Source: a bacterium
GTDB taxonomy: Bacteria > SAR324 > NAC60-12
Assembly: GCA_965233585.1 (NCBI GenBank)
Contig: CBDDTI010000745.1
Location: 416,001 to 480,000, forward strand
Length of the DNA: 64,000 nt
Direction: 5' to 3'
The position numbers and the translations under genes are program-made. The notes under the pieces are model-generated. The model was not told the DNA's origin. It saw only the letters and a program-made list of their open reading frames with translations, and did no database searches. Numbering within the stretch: the stretch's first letter is position 1; each line of letters opens with the position of its first letter. This document shows, one piece after another, positions 19,743-29,922 of the stretch.

Positions 19743-22700
19743 ATGACTTTTCTACGTATTCTTCTGTTGTCCTGCATCACCTTTTCCTCTGCACTTCCTG
19801 CATATCCCCAAGAAGAAGTCGCTTTAAAAGAATACCTTTGGCAACGCATTTATTACACCTTCATCAATGGTGAAAAATCCCTTGCCTATGTCAATGAATT
19901 TGTCCGTCCTTTGCTCACTTTTGGAGACCTCAATGGGGACGGAGAACCTGATTTATTGGTTGGGAAACTAGATGGCACCGTTGCCTATTTTGAAAAAACA
20001 GAAGAAGGCTTTCAGCTGATTGAAGAACAAATGAAAGTTTGGACTAAACAGGCTGATGGAAGCCGTATGTTGAAAAAAATTGACGTTGGAGGTGCCGCCG
20101 CTCCAGAACTTGGAGACTTAGATGGTGATGGTGATTTGGATTTACTCATTGGCTCAAAAGATGGCAGTCTTTTTTATTATGTGAATCAAGGCAACAAGGT
20201 TTTGCATGCCTTAGAGTTGGAAAGTTCTGCATATATGTTCCTGCGTCCGGGCAATGACAGTGTGCCTCGTTTGCATGACACCAACGCTGACCGCTCACTG
20301 GATTTGATTATTGGAACACGTCAAGGTCGCCTCATGTTCTTTCAAAATGCTGGCACTTCTCTGAACGCTAAGTTTTGCTATGCAGGTGAACCCAACTGTC
20401 CAACACCACCTGTTGAGATTGGCAACATCTCACCCGAAGTGAATGCTGTCCCTGAATGGGTAGATTGGAATAGAGATGGACTGCCAGACCTTGCGATTGG
20501 TCGTTCTGATGGTCGGATCAGCTTTTACTACAATCAAGGCACTCGTTTCAACCCTCAATGGCAACTGGAATCCAAACGTTTTTTGTTTCTTGACGCTGGA
20601 AGCTATGCTGCTCCCAACTTTTATGATTTGAACAATGACGGATTTGATGACTTGATTTTAAGCAGTGAATCTTCAAACATCGCACTTTATGAAAACCAAG
20701 AGATTTTGAAAAAAACCTTAAAAGACCATTTTCAACAAAACGAAATCAATTGGAATAACCCCGCCCAACGAATCCTTGACCAATTTTGTCAAGAATTTGA
20801 CGTCCTTTTGGAATGCCTGACAACACTCCAAAACCTTTTTGAAATGACCCCACAAATTGAAAGAACACTTGATGCCTACACCTCAGAAATCTTAAAGCCT
20901 CGTCTTGATGACAGAATCCTCGTGGAACAAAAAGAAGAACCCCTAGAGGAAGCCCTTCAAGAACCAAACGAAGAAGAAGAAGAACAACCAGCCCCTGCCC
21001 AAGACCAGCAACAAGATTCTGAAAGCAATGACCAAGAACCCACTTTTTCAAGGCAAGAAAGTTACCGCAATGAGTTATGGCTGGTGTCCAATAACCTACT
21101 TCAGTTTAAATCTTTTATTCCGGGGGATACTCGCGCCATCTTTTCATCAGGAGACTGGGACCAAGATGGAGACCTAGACCTTATTGTTGGTAGTGCTTCA
21201 GGCATGTTATACGGTTATCAAAATGTTGGCACAGCCAAAGAGGCTCGCTGGCAGACTGTTTCTTCCAAAGCATTTGAGCCATTTCAACGGACATTCAGCG
21301 CTCCAACACTTGGCGACCTTGATGGAGACGGAGACCTAGACCTTCTTGTTGGCAGTCAGAAAGGCACAATAGAATGGATTCGCAATGATGGCACAGCCAA
21401 AGAACCAAGATGGGTGACTGCTGAATTAGAGTTTGCCTCTATCTATGCAGGAGAGTACACCGTTCCCATTTTGCATGATTTGAATCAAGACCAAAAACCA
21501 GACCTCATCATTGGCAACAAAAATGGACAACTTCTTGTCTATAACAACAATAACGTTTGGGACTCCTCACCTTCACATGTGTTTAGAACATCAGGAGAGA
21601 ACCACATTGTGCCAATGTTATTTCAATGGGATCAAGACAACACTCTGGACATTGGTTTTGGAAGTGAAAAAGGTTTTTTAAAAACAATCCGTTCTCATGG
21701 AAGCAAGAATTTTCCAACAAATTGGCTTCTTGAAGAATTACCAGTCTCTGAAGTCCAAATGCCTCCTCAGTTGGCACCCCATGCAATAGACCTCAACGGA
21801 GATGGACAAGCAGACATTCTTGCCAGCAATCAATCTGGAGCCGTCACAGCATGGCTCAATCTTGGGCAAAGAAAAGAAGAAAAAAAGGAGGTTGTCAAAG
21901 CTGCCATTCCAGAAACACCTCCAGTAGAAACTCAATTTGAGGAATTAACGCCAGAAGTCAAAAAATTGCCCAAAATTCCACCAAAGTTTGAAAGGGTGAG
22001 TTCATCTTACCTGACACCCCACCCACCCAAAAGGTCTGCTCCTGCCTTTATGAATGTTGACGGAGATCAAGACCTAGATTTGATTGTTGGCACACGCAGT
22101 GGTGCTTTGTGGCTTTACCTAAACAAAGGGACTGCTCAAAAACCTGTCTGGGAGCTGGATTCAAAAAACTTTTTGCAATATCAGGATTATCCAAACTCTA
22201 CGCCATTGGTTGCTGATTTGGACAATGATGGAGACCAAGACTTGATTGTGAGCAGTGCCACAGGAGTTTTAGCCTATTGGAAGAATGAAGGAGCAGCAGA
22301 CTTTCCAGAACTGGTAAGGGATTTCGTGACGTTGAGCAAGGTCAATGCAGGGTTGAATTCTGTCCCTGCTGTCTTAGACCTCAATCAAGACCAGCTCCCC
22401 GATTTAATCATTGGCATTTTTCGTGGAACATTGGTGCAGTATCAACAATCCATCAATGGACAACTTCCCAAATTCAGTCTGACTAACAGAAGGTATCTTG
22501 ACCTAGATGTTGGAGTTGGCGCCTTACCCATTTTTATAGACCTAGACCGAGACCAACAAGTTGAGCTGATTGTTGGATCTGATAGTGGCAAACTGAAAGT
22601 CTTCAAACAAACAAAAGCAGAAAATCCAAAATCTCTCATTCAGTGGCAAGAAGACACCTCATTCAAGTTGTTTTCCATGCCGATTGGGGCAATCCCTACT

Positions 22701-22793
22701 TTTGCTGACATTGATGCAGATGGAGACATGGACGCATTGGTCGGTAGTGAGGCAGGAACACTCTATTTTTACGAAAATCAAAGTCGTCCCTAA
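19743..22793 (+). CDS. Secreted FG-GAP/VCBS repeat (beta-propeller) protein
   Basis: Signal peptide; many P-x-x-x-D-L-D-G-D-G-D-L-D-L-L-x-G repeats in three blocks separated by acidic or Pro-rich linkers. Confidence 0.88.
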   Translation: MTFLRILLLSCITFSSALPAYPQEEVALKEYLWQRIYYTFINGEKSLAYVNEFVRPLLTFGDLNGDGEPDLLVGKLDGTVAYFEKTEEGFQLIEEQMKVWTKQADGSRMLKKIDVGGAAAPELGDLDGDGDLDLLIGSKDGSLFYYVNQGNKVLHALELESSAYMFLRPGNDSVPRLHDTNADRSLDLIIGTRQGRLMFFQNAGTSLNAKFCYAGEPNCPTPPVEIGNISPEVNAVPEWVDWNRDGLPDLAIGRSDGRISFYYNQGTRFNPQWQLESKRFLFLDAGSYAAPNFYDLNNDGFDDLILSSESSNIALYENQEILKKTLKDHFQQNEINWNNPAQRILDQFCQEFDVLLECLTTLQNLFEMTPQIERTLDAYTSEILKPRLDDRILVEQKEEPLEEALQEPNEEEEEQPAPAQDQQQDSESNDQEPTFSRQESYRNELWLVSNNLLQFKSFIPGDTRAIFSSGDWDQDGDLDLIVGSASGMLYGYQNVGTAKEARWQTVSSKAFEPFQRTFSAPTLGDLDGDGDLDLLVGSQKGTIEWIRNDGTAKEPRWVTAELEFASIYAGEYTVPILHDLNQDQKPDLIIGNKNGQLLVYNNNNVWDSSPSHVFRTSGENHIVPMLFQWDQDNTLDIGFGSEKGFLKTIRSHGSKNFPTNWLLEELPVSEVQMPPQLAPHAIDLNGDGQADILASNQSGAVTAWLNLGQRKEEKKEVVKAAIPETPPVETQFEELTPEVKKLPKIPPKFERVSSSYLTPHPPKRSAPAFMNVDGDQDLDLIVGTRSGALWLYLNKGTAQKPVWELDSKNFLQYQDYPNSTPLVADLDNDGDQDLIVSSATGVLAYWKNEGAADFPELVRDFVTLSKVNAGLNSVPAVLDLNQDQLPDLIIGIFRGTLVQYQQSINGQLPKFSLTNRRYLDLDVGVGALPIFIDLDRDQQVELIVGSDSGKLKVFKQTKAENPKSLIQWQEDTSFKLFSMPIGAIPTFADIDADGDMDALVGSEAGTLYFYENQSRP

Positions 22794-22858
22794 ATTTTTT
22801 GACAAAATATTTTTAAAAGCATTTGACCCTGCTTCAAACACCAAACTTGACAGATTTC

Positions 22859-22887
22859 TTGAAAGATTTGTTTGATGTGGCTAGAAT
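22859..22887 (+). promoter_or_regulatory. Putative sigma70 promoter
   Basis: TTGAAA-17 bp-TAGAAT upstream of the 22955 ORF and hpf. Confidence 0.55.
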
Positions 22888-22954
22888 CTAAGCATTGACT
22901 TCACCAATCAATTTGTGTAGCATTGCCTTCTTTAAGCCAGAGATTTTTAAAAAA

Positions 22955-23146
22955 ATGCGTATCTTAATCCTTGTGGGCATTGGTGTTGCCTCTTTTCTTC
23001 TGTTCTTTATTCCCGGATATTTCTTGTTTGTTTCTAACGATGAATCAATGGATCAAGTTCCGACAGCTTTGGACCAAAGCGACATAGAGCCTTTGCCTCC
23101 TCCCGCTTTTCCTGAGACGCCCGGAGCAGAACCCAATTCTGGTTAG
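22955..23146 (+). CDS. Small single-TM hypothetical protein
   Basis: MRILILVGIGVASFLLFFIPGYFLFV followed by an acidic, Pro-rich tail; start placed at ATG 22955. Confidence 0.6.
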   Translation: MRILILVGIGVASFLLFFIPGYFLFVSNDESMDQVPTALDQSDIEPLPPPAFPETPGAEPNSG

Positions 23147-23185
23147 CTTCATCAATCTTTAACCTTATTCCTTTGCAAAAATACT

Positions 23186-23515
23186 ATGTCTATACATGTC
23201 TCATTTAAAAACCTGAAACAGTCTGAAACAGTCATTGAACATGTGGAAGACCTCATGGCAGACCTTGTCAAAATGACAGATGGCAGATGCCCCTTTCATG
23301 TCAATTTAAACAAAAAAAATGACGAGACTCATCATGTCAACATCATCTGTCACTTCAGAGGAAAGTCTCTTGCCAGCGAAGCAGACCACGAAAACCTTTA
23401 TAAAGCGTTGTCTAAAAGCGTGCAATCTATGAAGACACAGGTGATTCGTAGGAACGAAAAACAAAACGCACATCACTCACTCACTCCCGATTCAGCTGAA
23501 TCCTCTACCCTTTAA
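23186..23515 (+). CDS. hpf: Ribosome hibernation factor HPF/RaiA family
   Basis: IHVSFKNLKQSET..., ASEADHENLYKALSKS...QVIRRNEK pattern of the S30AE family. Confidence 0.75.
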   Translation: MSIHVSFKNLKQSETVIEHVEDLMADLVKMTDGRCPFHVNLNKKNDETHHVNIICHFRGKSLASEADHENLYKALSKSVQSMKTQVIRRNEKQNAHHSLTPDSAESSTL

Positions 23516-23524
23516 AACTCTTAA

Positions 23525-26500
23525 ATGTTCAAGAATTTTTCTTTATTCTTGATAATCCTGTCTTCTTTAGGGTTAGGTGGATTCTACCTGACCCGCTACT
23601 CTCTTAATCATTTTGAACAGGTTGTTTTGTCTTACACAGGTCTGCGTCCTGTTGTTGGGGGTTTTTCATGGCAACACAACCCAGACCAAACTCTGGACAT
23701 CATTTTGGAAGACACTGCTTTGTTTTCTGAAGGTCAGCAACGCAATGTTTTTTCACTAAAAAAGTTGTACGTCCGTTTGAATCTTGATGCCATTTGGAAG
23801 GCAAAACTTCATCTTTTAGATTTCACCTTAGATTCTCCCAAAATGGAGCTATTCATTGATGAAGAAAGCAAAGTGTATCTGGGAGAGTGGAAACTGCCAA
23901 TGAGTTTAAAAACTGCTAGCAATGCTCAATCTTTCATACAAATTGACAAAAAGTTCTTAGTTCAAAATGGTCAAATCTCCTTCAAATATGGTCAATTCAT
24001 TAATCATCAGTTGCAAAATCTTAACATTCATCTTCAAGAGACGGACAACTCACAAGTAATAGTTGGCACTGCAAACTTGGCAAGGGAGCAACAAGAGGCA
24101 GGCGATCTTGCCTTCTTTGCTACATTTCAACAAGACAAGCTGGAAGTCAAATATCAAGCCAAAGACTTCCAAATGCTTTTTGCATCTCCGTCAAATATTT
24201 CAAAAATACAAAGCACTTTGGGCATAGAAGGTCGTTACCTTTTCAATAAAGCCACCAAGCAACACACTCTATTCACAAACTTTCAGGCTCAAGAGACCCT
24301 TTTGCAAACGTTCCAACCTGTCAAACAGTCCATTGCATTTGGAAAAATAAAAGGGTTGATAGACTGGGACAGCAAGCGAGATGGTCAAGTCATACAGATT
24401 AACGTTGAACCTTTTCAATTTCCTCTTGGAAGACTAAAGACCAACATCACACTCAATGTTTCAGAGGACTCTCTTGTCAAAGTCAACTTGACAAGCACAC
24501 CCTTCAGCATTGAAGAAGCAAAACCTTATCTTTTGATGTTTGTGCCACCAGAGGCAACAGATTGGATCAACCGCTCTTTGCTGGGTGGCAACGTTCAAGA
24601 TTTAACTGCACAAATTGAGCTTCCATTTGACAGCCCCAGCATGCTCAAACCTCAATTTCACCTTAAAGCAAATGTTTCTGAAGCAAGCATTGAAACTTAC
24701 GGAGGACTGCCCCAATTCAGGCAAGCGGCAGGTAGCCTTGTTGTCAACAATGAAGGCTTATTTGTCAATGTGGCAAAAGGAAGGTTTTCATCAGTTCAAG
24801 CTAAAGGAGTTGTGGAAATTTTGTTTGATTCGCCTCAAGGTCATGTTCCTTTAAAGGTGGAAGCATCAGGAACGGGTCAAATCAGCCCCGTTTGGCAGGA
24901 CGTGCAACAGTTCTTAGACCTAGAAGTGCTTAATTCACTGACATTGCAAGGCACTGCTGACGCAGCTTTCAGCTTGAAGACCAATTTAGATGATGACTCT
25001 GCTTGGGATATGCTGGTGCATGTGAAACCACAAAAAAGCTCAGGTTTGTTTCAACAGCAAAGAGATTGGAAGTTGGAGCAGATTCAAGGAGATATTTTGG
25101 TCTCCCTTAATGACATCACCTTTCAAAAGGTGCAAACCAAATTAGAAGGGTTTTCTACAACACTAGACGGAGTGATTCATTTTTTCCCACTTTACGGAGA
25201 AGGTCAGTTGCATCTTGCACAACTTCAAACATTGTTACCGATGATAGACCAGCAGTTTGAACCACTACTTCCCAAAAAACTTGATGCGTTTGCTCAAATT
25301 TCTTTTGAAAGGGACGCTTTTGAAAACATTCTTGTCAAATCACAAATGCAACTTCAAGATGGACAAGGAGGCAAGACCAGCGGAACATTGAACTTTGACA
25401 CCTCACACATCAACTTGACACAACAAGGAAGGCTTGCAGGCTCAAAAATCAATCTGCAATACAATCTGGAACACTACAAATTAGAACATCAATCAGGCAA
25501 CTTGGAAATTGAAAATAATGATTTACAGCTCAAACTTGACTTAAAAGCCTCCTCAAATTCCTATGTTGTGGACGTTGATGCCAATGAGATTGACATTGAA
25601 AAAGCGATGCAATGGCAACTTTCCCCCAAGCTGCTCAGCTGGTTTCCTAACCTGTCAAACAATTCTTCATTTTCTGCTCAATCCATCAGTGCCAACCTTG
25701 ATATTCAAAAGGTCATGATCATGCAGTACGAAGGTTTATTACAAGGACGTTTTAATTTTAAAAGGTATGATTCATCTAGTTATGAAGTCAAGGCATCTCA
25801 AGTCAAACTTGATGGCGTACAAGGCAGCGGACTTTTTAAACAGACCCAAAGTCAAAACTTTGTCACGCTTAATTTTCAATTCATTGACCTGCCAAAAATT
25901 CATTCATATTACCAAAAATTTTATCCCACATTTAAAAACTCAACCCCTTCTATGTCTGAAACGGGGTTGTATCATGTAGATTTTTCTATTTACGCATCTC
26001 AAGTCAAATTTTCTGAAGATTTTGTCATTCCAATTCAAACAGAAGGTTCATTCAACATTGCGGATAACAGACAACTCATTTATGCCATTTTTGATCAATT
26101 TCAGTGGGGAGACCAGACTTTGCAACTCTATCTGGTGGATTATCAAGAAGATTTAAAGCTCTATCTCTATTCTCCCAAAGTGCTGTTAGAACCTTATCTT
26201 GAACTTTTTCAACAATTCTCTTTTTTAACAGAGGGAACAGAAGGCAAGGATTCTGCTGATGTTTCGGTAGGCATTCAACTGGTGACCCCAAACTTCCAGA
26301 TAGACCCTCAAATGACAGTGTCTTTGAACACAACCTTTGAGCTTCAAACCCAAGCAGATGATGCCTTTAAACTTAATTTTCAATACCTTGCTTTAAACCA
26401 TTACCAGATGAGGGGAAAGATGTCTCTTGACCAAAACGATGAGAACAATACAAACAATGTGAACATTCAAGCAACATTTGATGACCTCAACTTGTTACTA

Positions 26501-27775
26501 CTCTACCAAGACATCAAACGATGGTCTCCCATTCTCCGTCAACGTTTGATAACAGACTCTCAATCTGCTCAACCTACCGAATCCCACAAAGAATGGTCTG
26601 TTCAATTTGACTTGCAAACCAGTCAGTTGTTCCTTTCTCAACTTGAGACGCCTAGCCTATGGGAGTTACAAAAAGCTAAAGAGTTGACTCTGCAAGGTCA
26701 GTTAGATTTAAGTCCGCAGCAAAGTCATTTACAAATAGACCATTTTCGGTGGGGAGGTCAAAAAGCATCAGGCAAGGCAAACTTGGAAAAAGAAGAATGG
26801 AAGGTATTATTAGACTTTCAACGTTTTGAGCTTCAAGAATGGCTTGATGTGTCTCATTTGATTACAATGTCCCAACCACAGCAAACTAACGATCAGTCTT
26901 CCAATCTTTGGGCTTTTCAGCTTCCAGATTTGTGCCTAGATTTTCAGCTGACTGCTGAGCAATTCCTGTTAAAAGCAGAAGAGTTAGACGATTTAGAATT
27001 GGCTTTTCAGGTGGACGATCAATTACTTGCCATTCATCAACTACGTTGGAGCAAAAATAATGAACAAGTGTTGTCTCTCAACACCACTTTAAGCCCTAAA
27101 GACCAAGAATGGCAGGGAACGTTCAAAAGTGAGATTCAAAGTATTGATGCCTTGCTTGACTTCTTCATTGCATCAGATTCTACCGAATCCTCATCATATT
27201 TGACCCAACGTTCCAATGCTTTGTTAGAAGGAAAGGTGAAATTGGTTCAACTTCCAGAAGGTCTATGGCAACCTGAAATAGACTTTGATTTTACTTTAGA
27301 AGATGGGTCAATTTTGGAAGAATCCACGACTGCCTTGATTCTTGCACCCATTTCTATTCAAAGTTATGTCCGACTCTTCAAGGGGGAGTCTTCTACTTTC
27401 ACACAAGAAGAAATTGTTTATGACAAGATTCATGCACAAGGCAAACTTCAAGGTGCTTTTTTGTCTCTTGAAAGTTTTATCTTTGAAACACCCTTGTTTA
27501 ACTTAGCAGCATCAGGTGAAGCAAAGTTTGACACAGAACAAGCCAGAATGCTTGTTTGCTTGCAACCCTTCAATACATTGGATAGCCTGATTCAAAACAT
27601 TCCTGCAGTTGGCGAGTCATTAGTCAGCGAGTATGGAGGTATTTTTGAGGGTTGTTATTTGAATATTCAGGAGTTTGGAGAGAACACTCAAATCTTTTTA
27701 CCAACTTCTATTGTCCCCGGCGCTTTGAAAAATCATTTGCTGACCGACCCTTCATTTGAGACTTCTAGCAGTTAA
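23525..27775 (+). CDS. AsmA-like/YhdP family large periplasmic beta-rich protein
   Basis: 1416 aa with one N-terminal TM; DWINRSLLGGNV; C-terminal AsmA_2-like segment (YDKIHAQGKLQG...QPFNTLDSLIQNIPAVG). Confidence 0.75.
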   Translation: MFKNFSLFLIILSSLGLGGFYLTRYSLNHFEQVVLSYTGLRPVVGGFSWQHNPDQTLDIILEDTALFSEGQQRNVFSLKKLYVRLNLDAIWKAKLHLLDFTLDSPKMELFIDEESKVYLGEWKLPMSLKTASNAQSFIQIDKKFLVQNGQISFKYGQFINHQLQNLNIHLQETDNSQVIVGTANLAREQQEAGDLAFFATFQQDKLEVKYQAKDFQMLFASPSNISKIQSTLGIEGRYLFNKATKQHTLFTNFQAQETLLQTFQPVKQSIAFGKIKGLIDWDSKRDGQVIQINVEPFQFPLGRLKTNITLNVSEDSLVKVNLTSTPFSIEEAKPYLLMFVPPEATDWINRSLLGGNVQDLTAQIELPFDSPSMLKPQFHLKANVSEASIETYGGLPQFRQAAGSLVVNNEGLFVNVAKGRFSSVQAKGVVEILFDSPQGHVPLKVEASGTGQISPVWQDVQQFLDLEVLNSLTLQGTADAAFSLKTNLDDDSAWDMLVHVKPQKSSGLFQQQRDWKLEQIQGDILVSLNDITFQKVQTKLEGFSTTLDGVIHFFPLYGEGQLHLAQLQTLLPMIDQQFEPLLPKKLDAFAQISFERDAFENILVKSQMQLQDGQGGKTSGTLNFDTSHINLTQQGRLAGSKINLQYNLEHYKLEHQSGNLEIENNDLQLKLDLKASSNSYVVDVDANEIDIEKAMQWQLSPKLLSWFPNLSNNSSFSAQSISANLDIQKVMIMQYEGLLQGRFNFKRYDSSSYEVKASQVKLDGVQGSGLFKQTQSQNFVTLNFQFIDLPKIHSYYQKFYPTFKNSTPSMSETGLYHVDFSIYASQVKFSEDFVIPIQTEGSFNIADNRQLIYAIFDQFQWGDQTLQLYLVDYQEDLKLYLYSPKVLLEPYLELFQQFSFLTEGTEGKDSADVSVGIQLVTPNFQIDPQMTVSLNTTFELQTQADDAFKLNFQYLALNHYQMRGKMSLDQNDENNTNNVNIQATFDDLNLLLLYQDIKRWSPILRQRLITDSQSAQPTESHKEWSVQFDLQTSQLFLSQLETPSLWELQKAKELTLQGQLDLSPQQSHLQIDHFRWGGQKASGKANLEKEEWKVLLDFQRFELQEWLDVSHLITMSQPQQTNDQSSNLWAFQLPDLCLDFQLTAEQFLLKAEELDDLELAFQVDDQLLAIHQLRWSKNNEQVLSLNTTLSPKDQEWQGTFKSEIQSIDALLDFFIASDSTESSSYLTQRSNALLEGKVKLVQLPEGLWQPEIDFDFTLEDGSILEESTTALILAPISIQSYVRLFKGESSTFTQEEIVYDKIHAQGKLQGAFLSLESFIFETPLFNLAASGEAKFDTEQARMLVCLQPFNTLDSLIQNIPAVGESLVSEYGGIFEGCYLNIQEFGENTQIFLPTSIVPGALKNHLLTDPSFETSSS

Positions 27776-27832
27776 TTCTGCTAATTAACAAAAATTTCTG
27801 TTCACCATTCGCAACCCTTATCCTATTTTCTT

Positions 27833-28480
27833 ATGACACAAATTGACCTTAAAACATTACGACAAGAATACATGCTTGCAGGTTTAACACGCAGTGATTT
27901 AAATCTGAACCCTTTTGAGCAGTTCCAAAAATGGTTTCAACAAGCGTGTGACTCCCAAATTCCCATGCCAAATGCCATGCTCCTTGCCACAGTAGATTTG
28001 TCAGGGAATCCCTCAACAAGAGCAGTCTTGTTGAATGAGCTACAAGATGAAAGATTCTTATTTTTTACAAACTATGGAAGTAGCAAGGGGCAACACATTC
28101 AAAATCATTCTACTGTGAGCTTGCATTTTCTGTGGGCGGCACTTGAAAGGCAAATCAGGATTGTAGGCACTGCCACAAAAACAAGTTTGGAACAATCCCA
28201 AAAATACTTTGCCTCGCGCCCCAGAGGCAGTCAGATTTCAGCATGGTCATCTCAACAAAGCCAGCCTGTGAACTCACGTGCAGATTTAGAAGCAGACTTT
28301 GAAACCTTTAGCAAAAAATTTGAAGGTCAAGACGTCCCTTTGCCTGAACACTGGGGAGGCTATGCTGTCCAAGCCACTCATTTTGAGTTTTGGCAAGGTC
28401 GCAGAGACCGTTTGCATGACCGCTTTCAATACCAGCTAGATGCACAAAATCATTGGACTATCCAAAGGCTGTCTCCTTAA
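27833..28480 (+). CDS. pdxH: Pyridoxamine 5'-phosphate oxidase
   Basis: LRQEY, FFTNYGSSKG, YFASRPRGSQ, WGGY and EFWQGRRDRLHDR. Confidence 0.97.
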   Translation: MTQIDLKTLRQEYMLAGLTRSDLNLNPFEQFQKWFQQACDSQIPMPNAMLLATVDLSGNPSTRAVLLNELQDERFLFFTNYGSSKGQHIQNHSTVSLHFLWAALERQIRIVGTATKTSLEQSQKYFASRPRGSQISAWSSQQSQPVNSRADLEADFETFSKKFEGQDVPLPEHWGGYAVQATHFEFWQGRRDRLHDRFQYQLDAQNHWTIQRLSP

Positions 28481-28518
28481 CTGCTACGTCAGACTTTGCC
28501 TACCAGAAGAGTCTCTTT

Positions 28519-28727
28519 GTCATTGAATGCTTGATACAAAATCTCAAAGAAAGAACATGAATACTCTCAAAAAAGAGAGATTGCGGGTCAAGCCCGCAAT
28601 GACTAAGTCCAAGTTAAGCAATAACCAAAAGAAACAAACACGTCACTTGAGTTTTTGACACAAAATCTCAAAGAAAGAACATGAATACTCTCAAAAAAGA
28701 GAGATTGCGGGTCAAGCCTGCAATGAC
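28519..28727. repeat. Palindromic (REP-like) repeat cluster 1
   Basis: Degenerate forward units at 28519-28545 and 28641-28669, each paired with GAGATTGCGGGTCAAGCCYGCAATGAC (28577-28603, 28701-28727); 124-bp period. Confidence 0.9.
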
Positions 28728-29567
28728 GGGAGGCTTCTTTTCCCCTTCTTTGAAGGTCAACAAGCCAGCGGCTTGTTGCTGGCGGGCGTGCCTGACGGGG
28801 TAGTCCTTACTTCTTCGCCATGGCTCACCTTGATCCGCAACTATTCCTGTTTATCCTCTATTTTTCTTTTACTTTATTTTCAACTCTTTCTTAAAAAATC
28901 TGCTAGACTAGATGTTTTTAAATTTAGAAAATTTCAGCTGAGAGGTCAGGATGTCAGAACGTTTAGATAGAATAGAAAAAATCTTAGCAGAAGCCAGTAT
29001 CATTGCTAAAGAAGCCAGTATCATTGCTAAAGAAGCCCATGAAACAGTCAAAGCTGTTGCCAAACAGCAAGAAAAAACTGATGCTCAAATTGCAAGAACT
29101 GATGCCCAAATTGCCAAAGTATCTAAACAACTAGGGGGTTTTGTTAACAACGCAGGTTTAATCCTAGAAGACCGAATCTATCGTTGTTTTGAAGAGGCTT
29201 TAGGACAGAACATTTCTATTGAAATAGAAGGCATTCACTATGACCGTCTCAACAGGAATATCAGTGGAAAATTTGGTCCAACAACTGGACAATATGACAT
29301 CTCTTTGTTCAATCACGACCATGTCTTGATTATAGAAGTCAAAAGAAAAGCACATGTCAACGACATTGAGCAGATTCTCAAGCAAAAGCAAACCTTTCCT
29401 ATTGTTTTTCCTCACTTCAAAAATTTTACCTTTCACTTAGCATTAGCCAGTGAATCTTTTGACAAAGATTTGATGCAAGAAGCCAAAGCCAACCAGATTT
29501 ACCTAATGCAAGAAAAAGCAGGAGTCATTCAAATCATTGCTCCCTAACAGCTTAAACTTCCTTCCTT
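28632..29567 (+). repeat. 936-bp direct repeat, copy A
   Basis: Matches 31145-32080 at a constant offset of 2513 bp with about 26 substitutions (hand count). Confidence 0.93.
28951..29547 (+). CDS. Heptad coiled-coil plus PD-(D/E)XK nuclease-like protein (DUF3782-like), copy A
   Basis: N-terminal EASIIAK x2 and TDAQIA(R/K) x2; candidate catalytic residues E73, D116 and E129-V-K131 (GQYD...IIEVKRK); GAGAGG-like RBS. Confidence 0.75.
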   Translation: MSERLDRIEKILAEASIIAKEASIIAKEAHETVKAVAKQQEKTDAQIARTDAQIAKVSKQLGGFVNNAGLILEDRIYRCFEEALGQNISIEIEGIHYDRLNRNISGKFGPTTGQYDISLFNHDHVLIIEVKRKAHVNDIEQILKQKQTFPIVFPHFKNFTFHLALASESFDKDLMQEAKANQIYLMQEKAGVIQIIAP

Positions 29568-29574
29568 CCTTCTC

Positions 29575-29922
29575 CGTCATTCCGCACTTGATGCGGAATC
29601 TTAAAAACAAGAGTATGAACACTTTCAAAAAAGAGAGATTGCGGGTCAAGCCCGCAATGACTAAGAAACAAGCACATCATTTGAGCTTTTGACACAGAAT
29701 CTCAAACGCTCTCCGTCATTCCGCACTTGATGCGGAATCTATCACCAAACCAAGCATGGATTCCTAGCGTGAATGGATTCCTGCGAAAGCAGGAATGACA
29801 ACTATTGTCATTGAGTTTTTGACACAAAATCTCTCTTAAACCAAGCATGGATTCCTAGCGTGAATGGATTCCTGCGAAAGCAGGAATGACAGGAGAAGTT
29901 TGCAGGCTTGACACGGAATGAT
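29575..29922. repeat. Palindromic (REP-like) repeat cluster 2
   Basis: CGTCATTCCGCACTTGATGCGGAATCT at 29575 and 29714; GAGATTGCGGG...AATGAC at 29635; GGATTCCTGCGAAAGCAGGAATGAC at 29775 and 29866; degenerate units at 29675 and 29807. Confidence 0.9.

Noticed and set aside
28773..28970. 65-aa ORF (and its copy at 31286-31483)
   Set aside because: TTG start inside a hairpin, runs through the AT-rich promoter region; duplicated only because the whole unit is duplicated.
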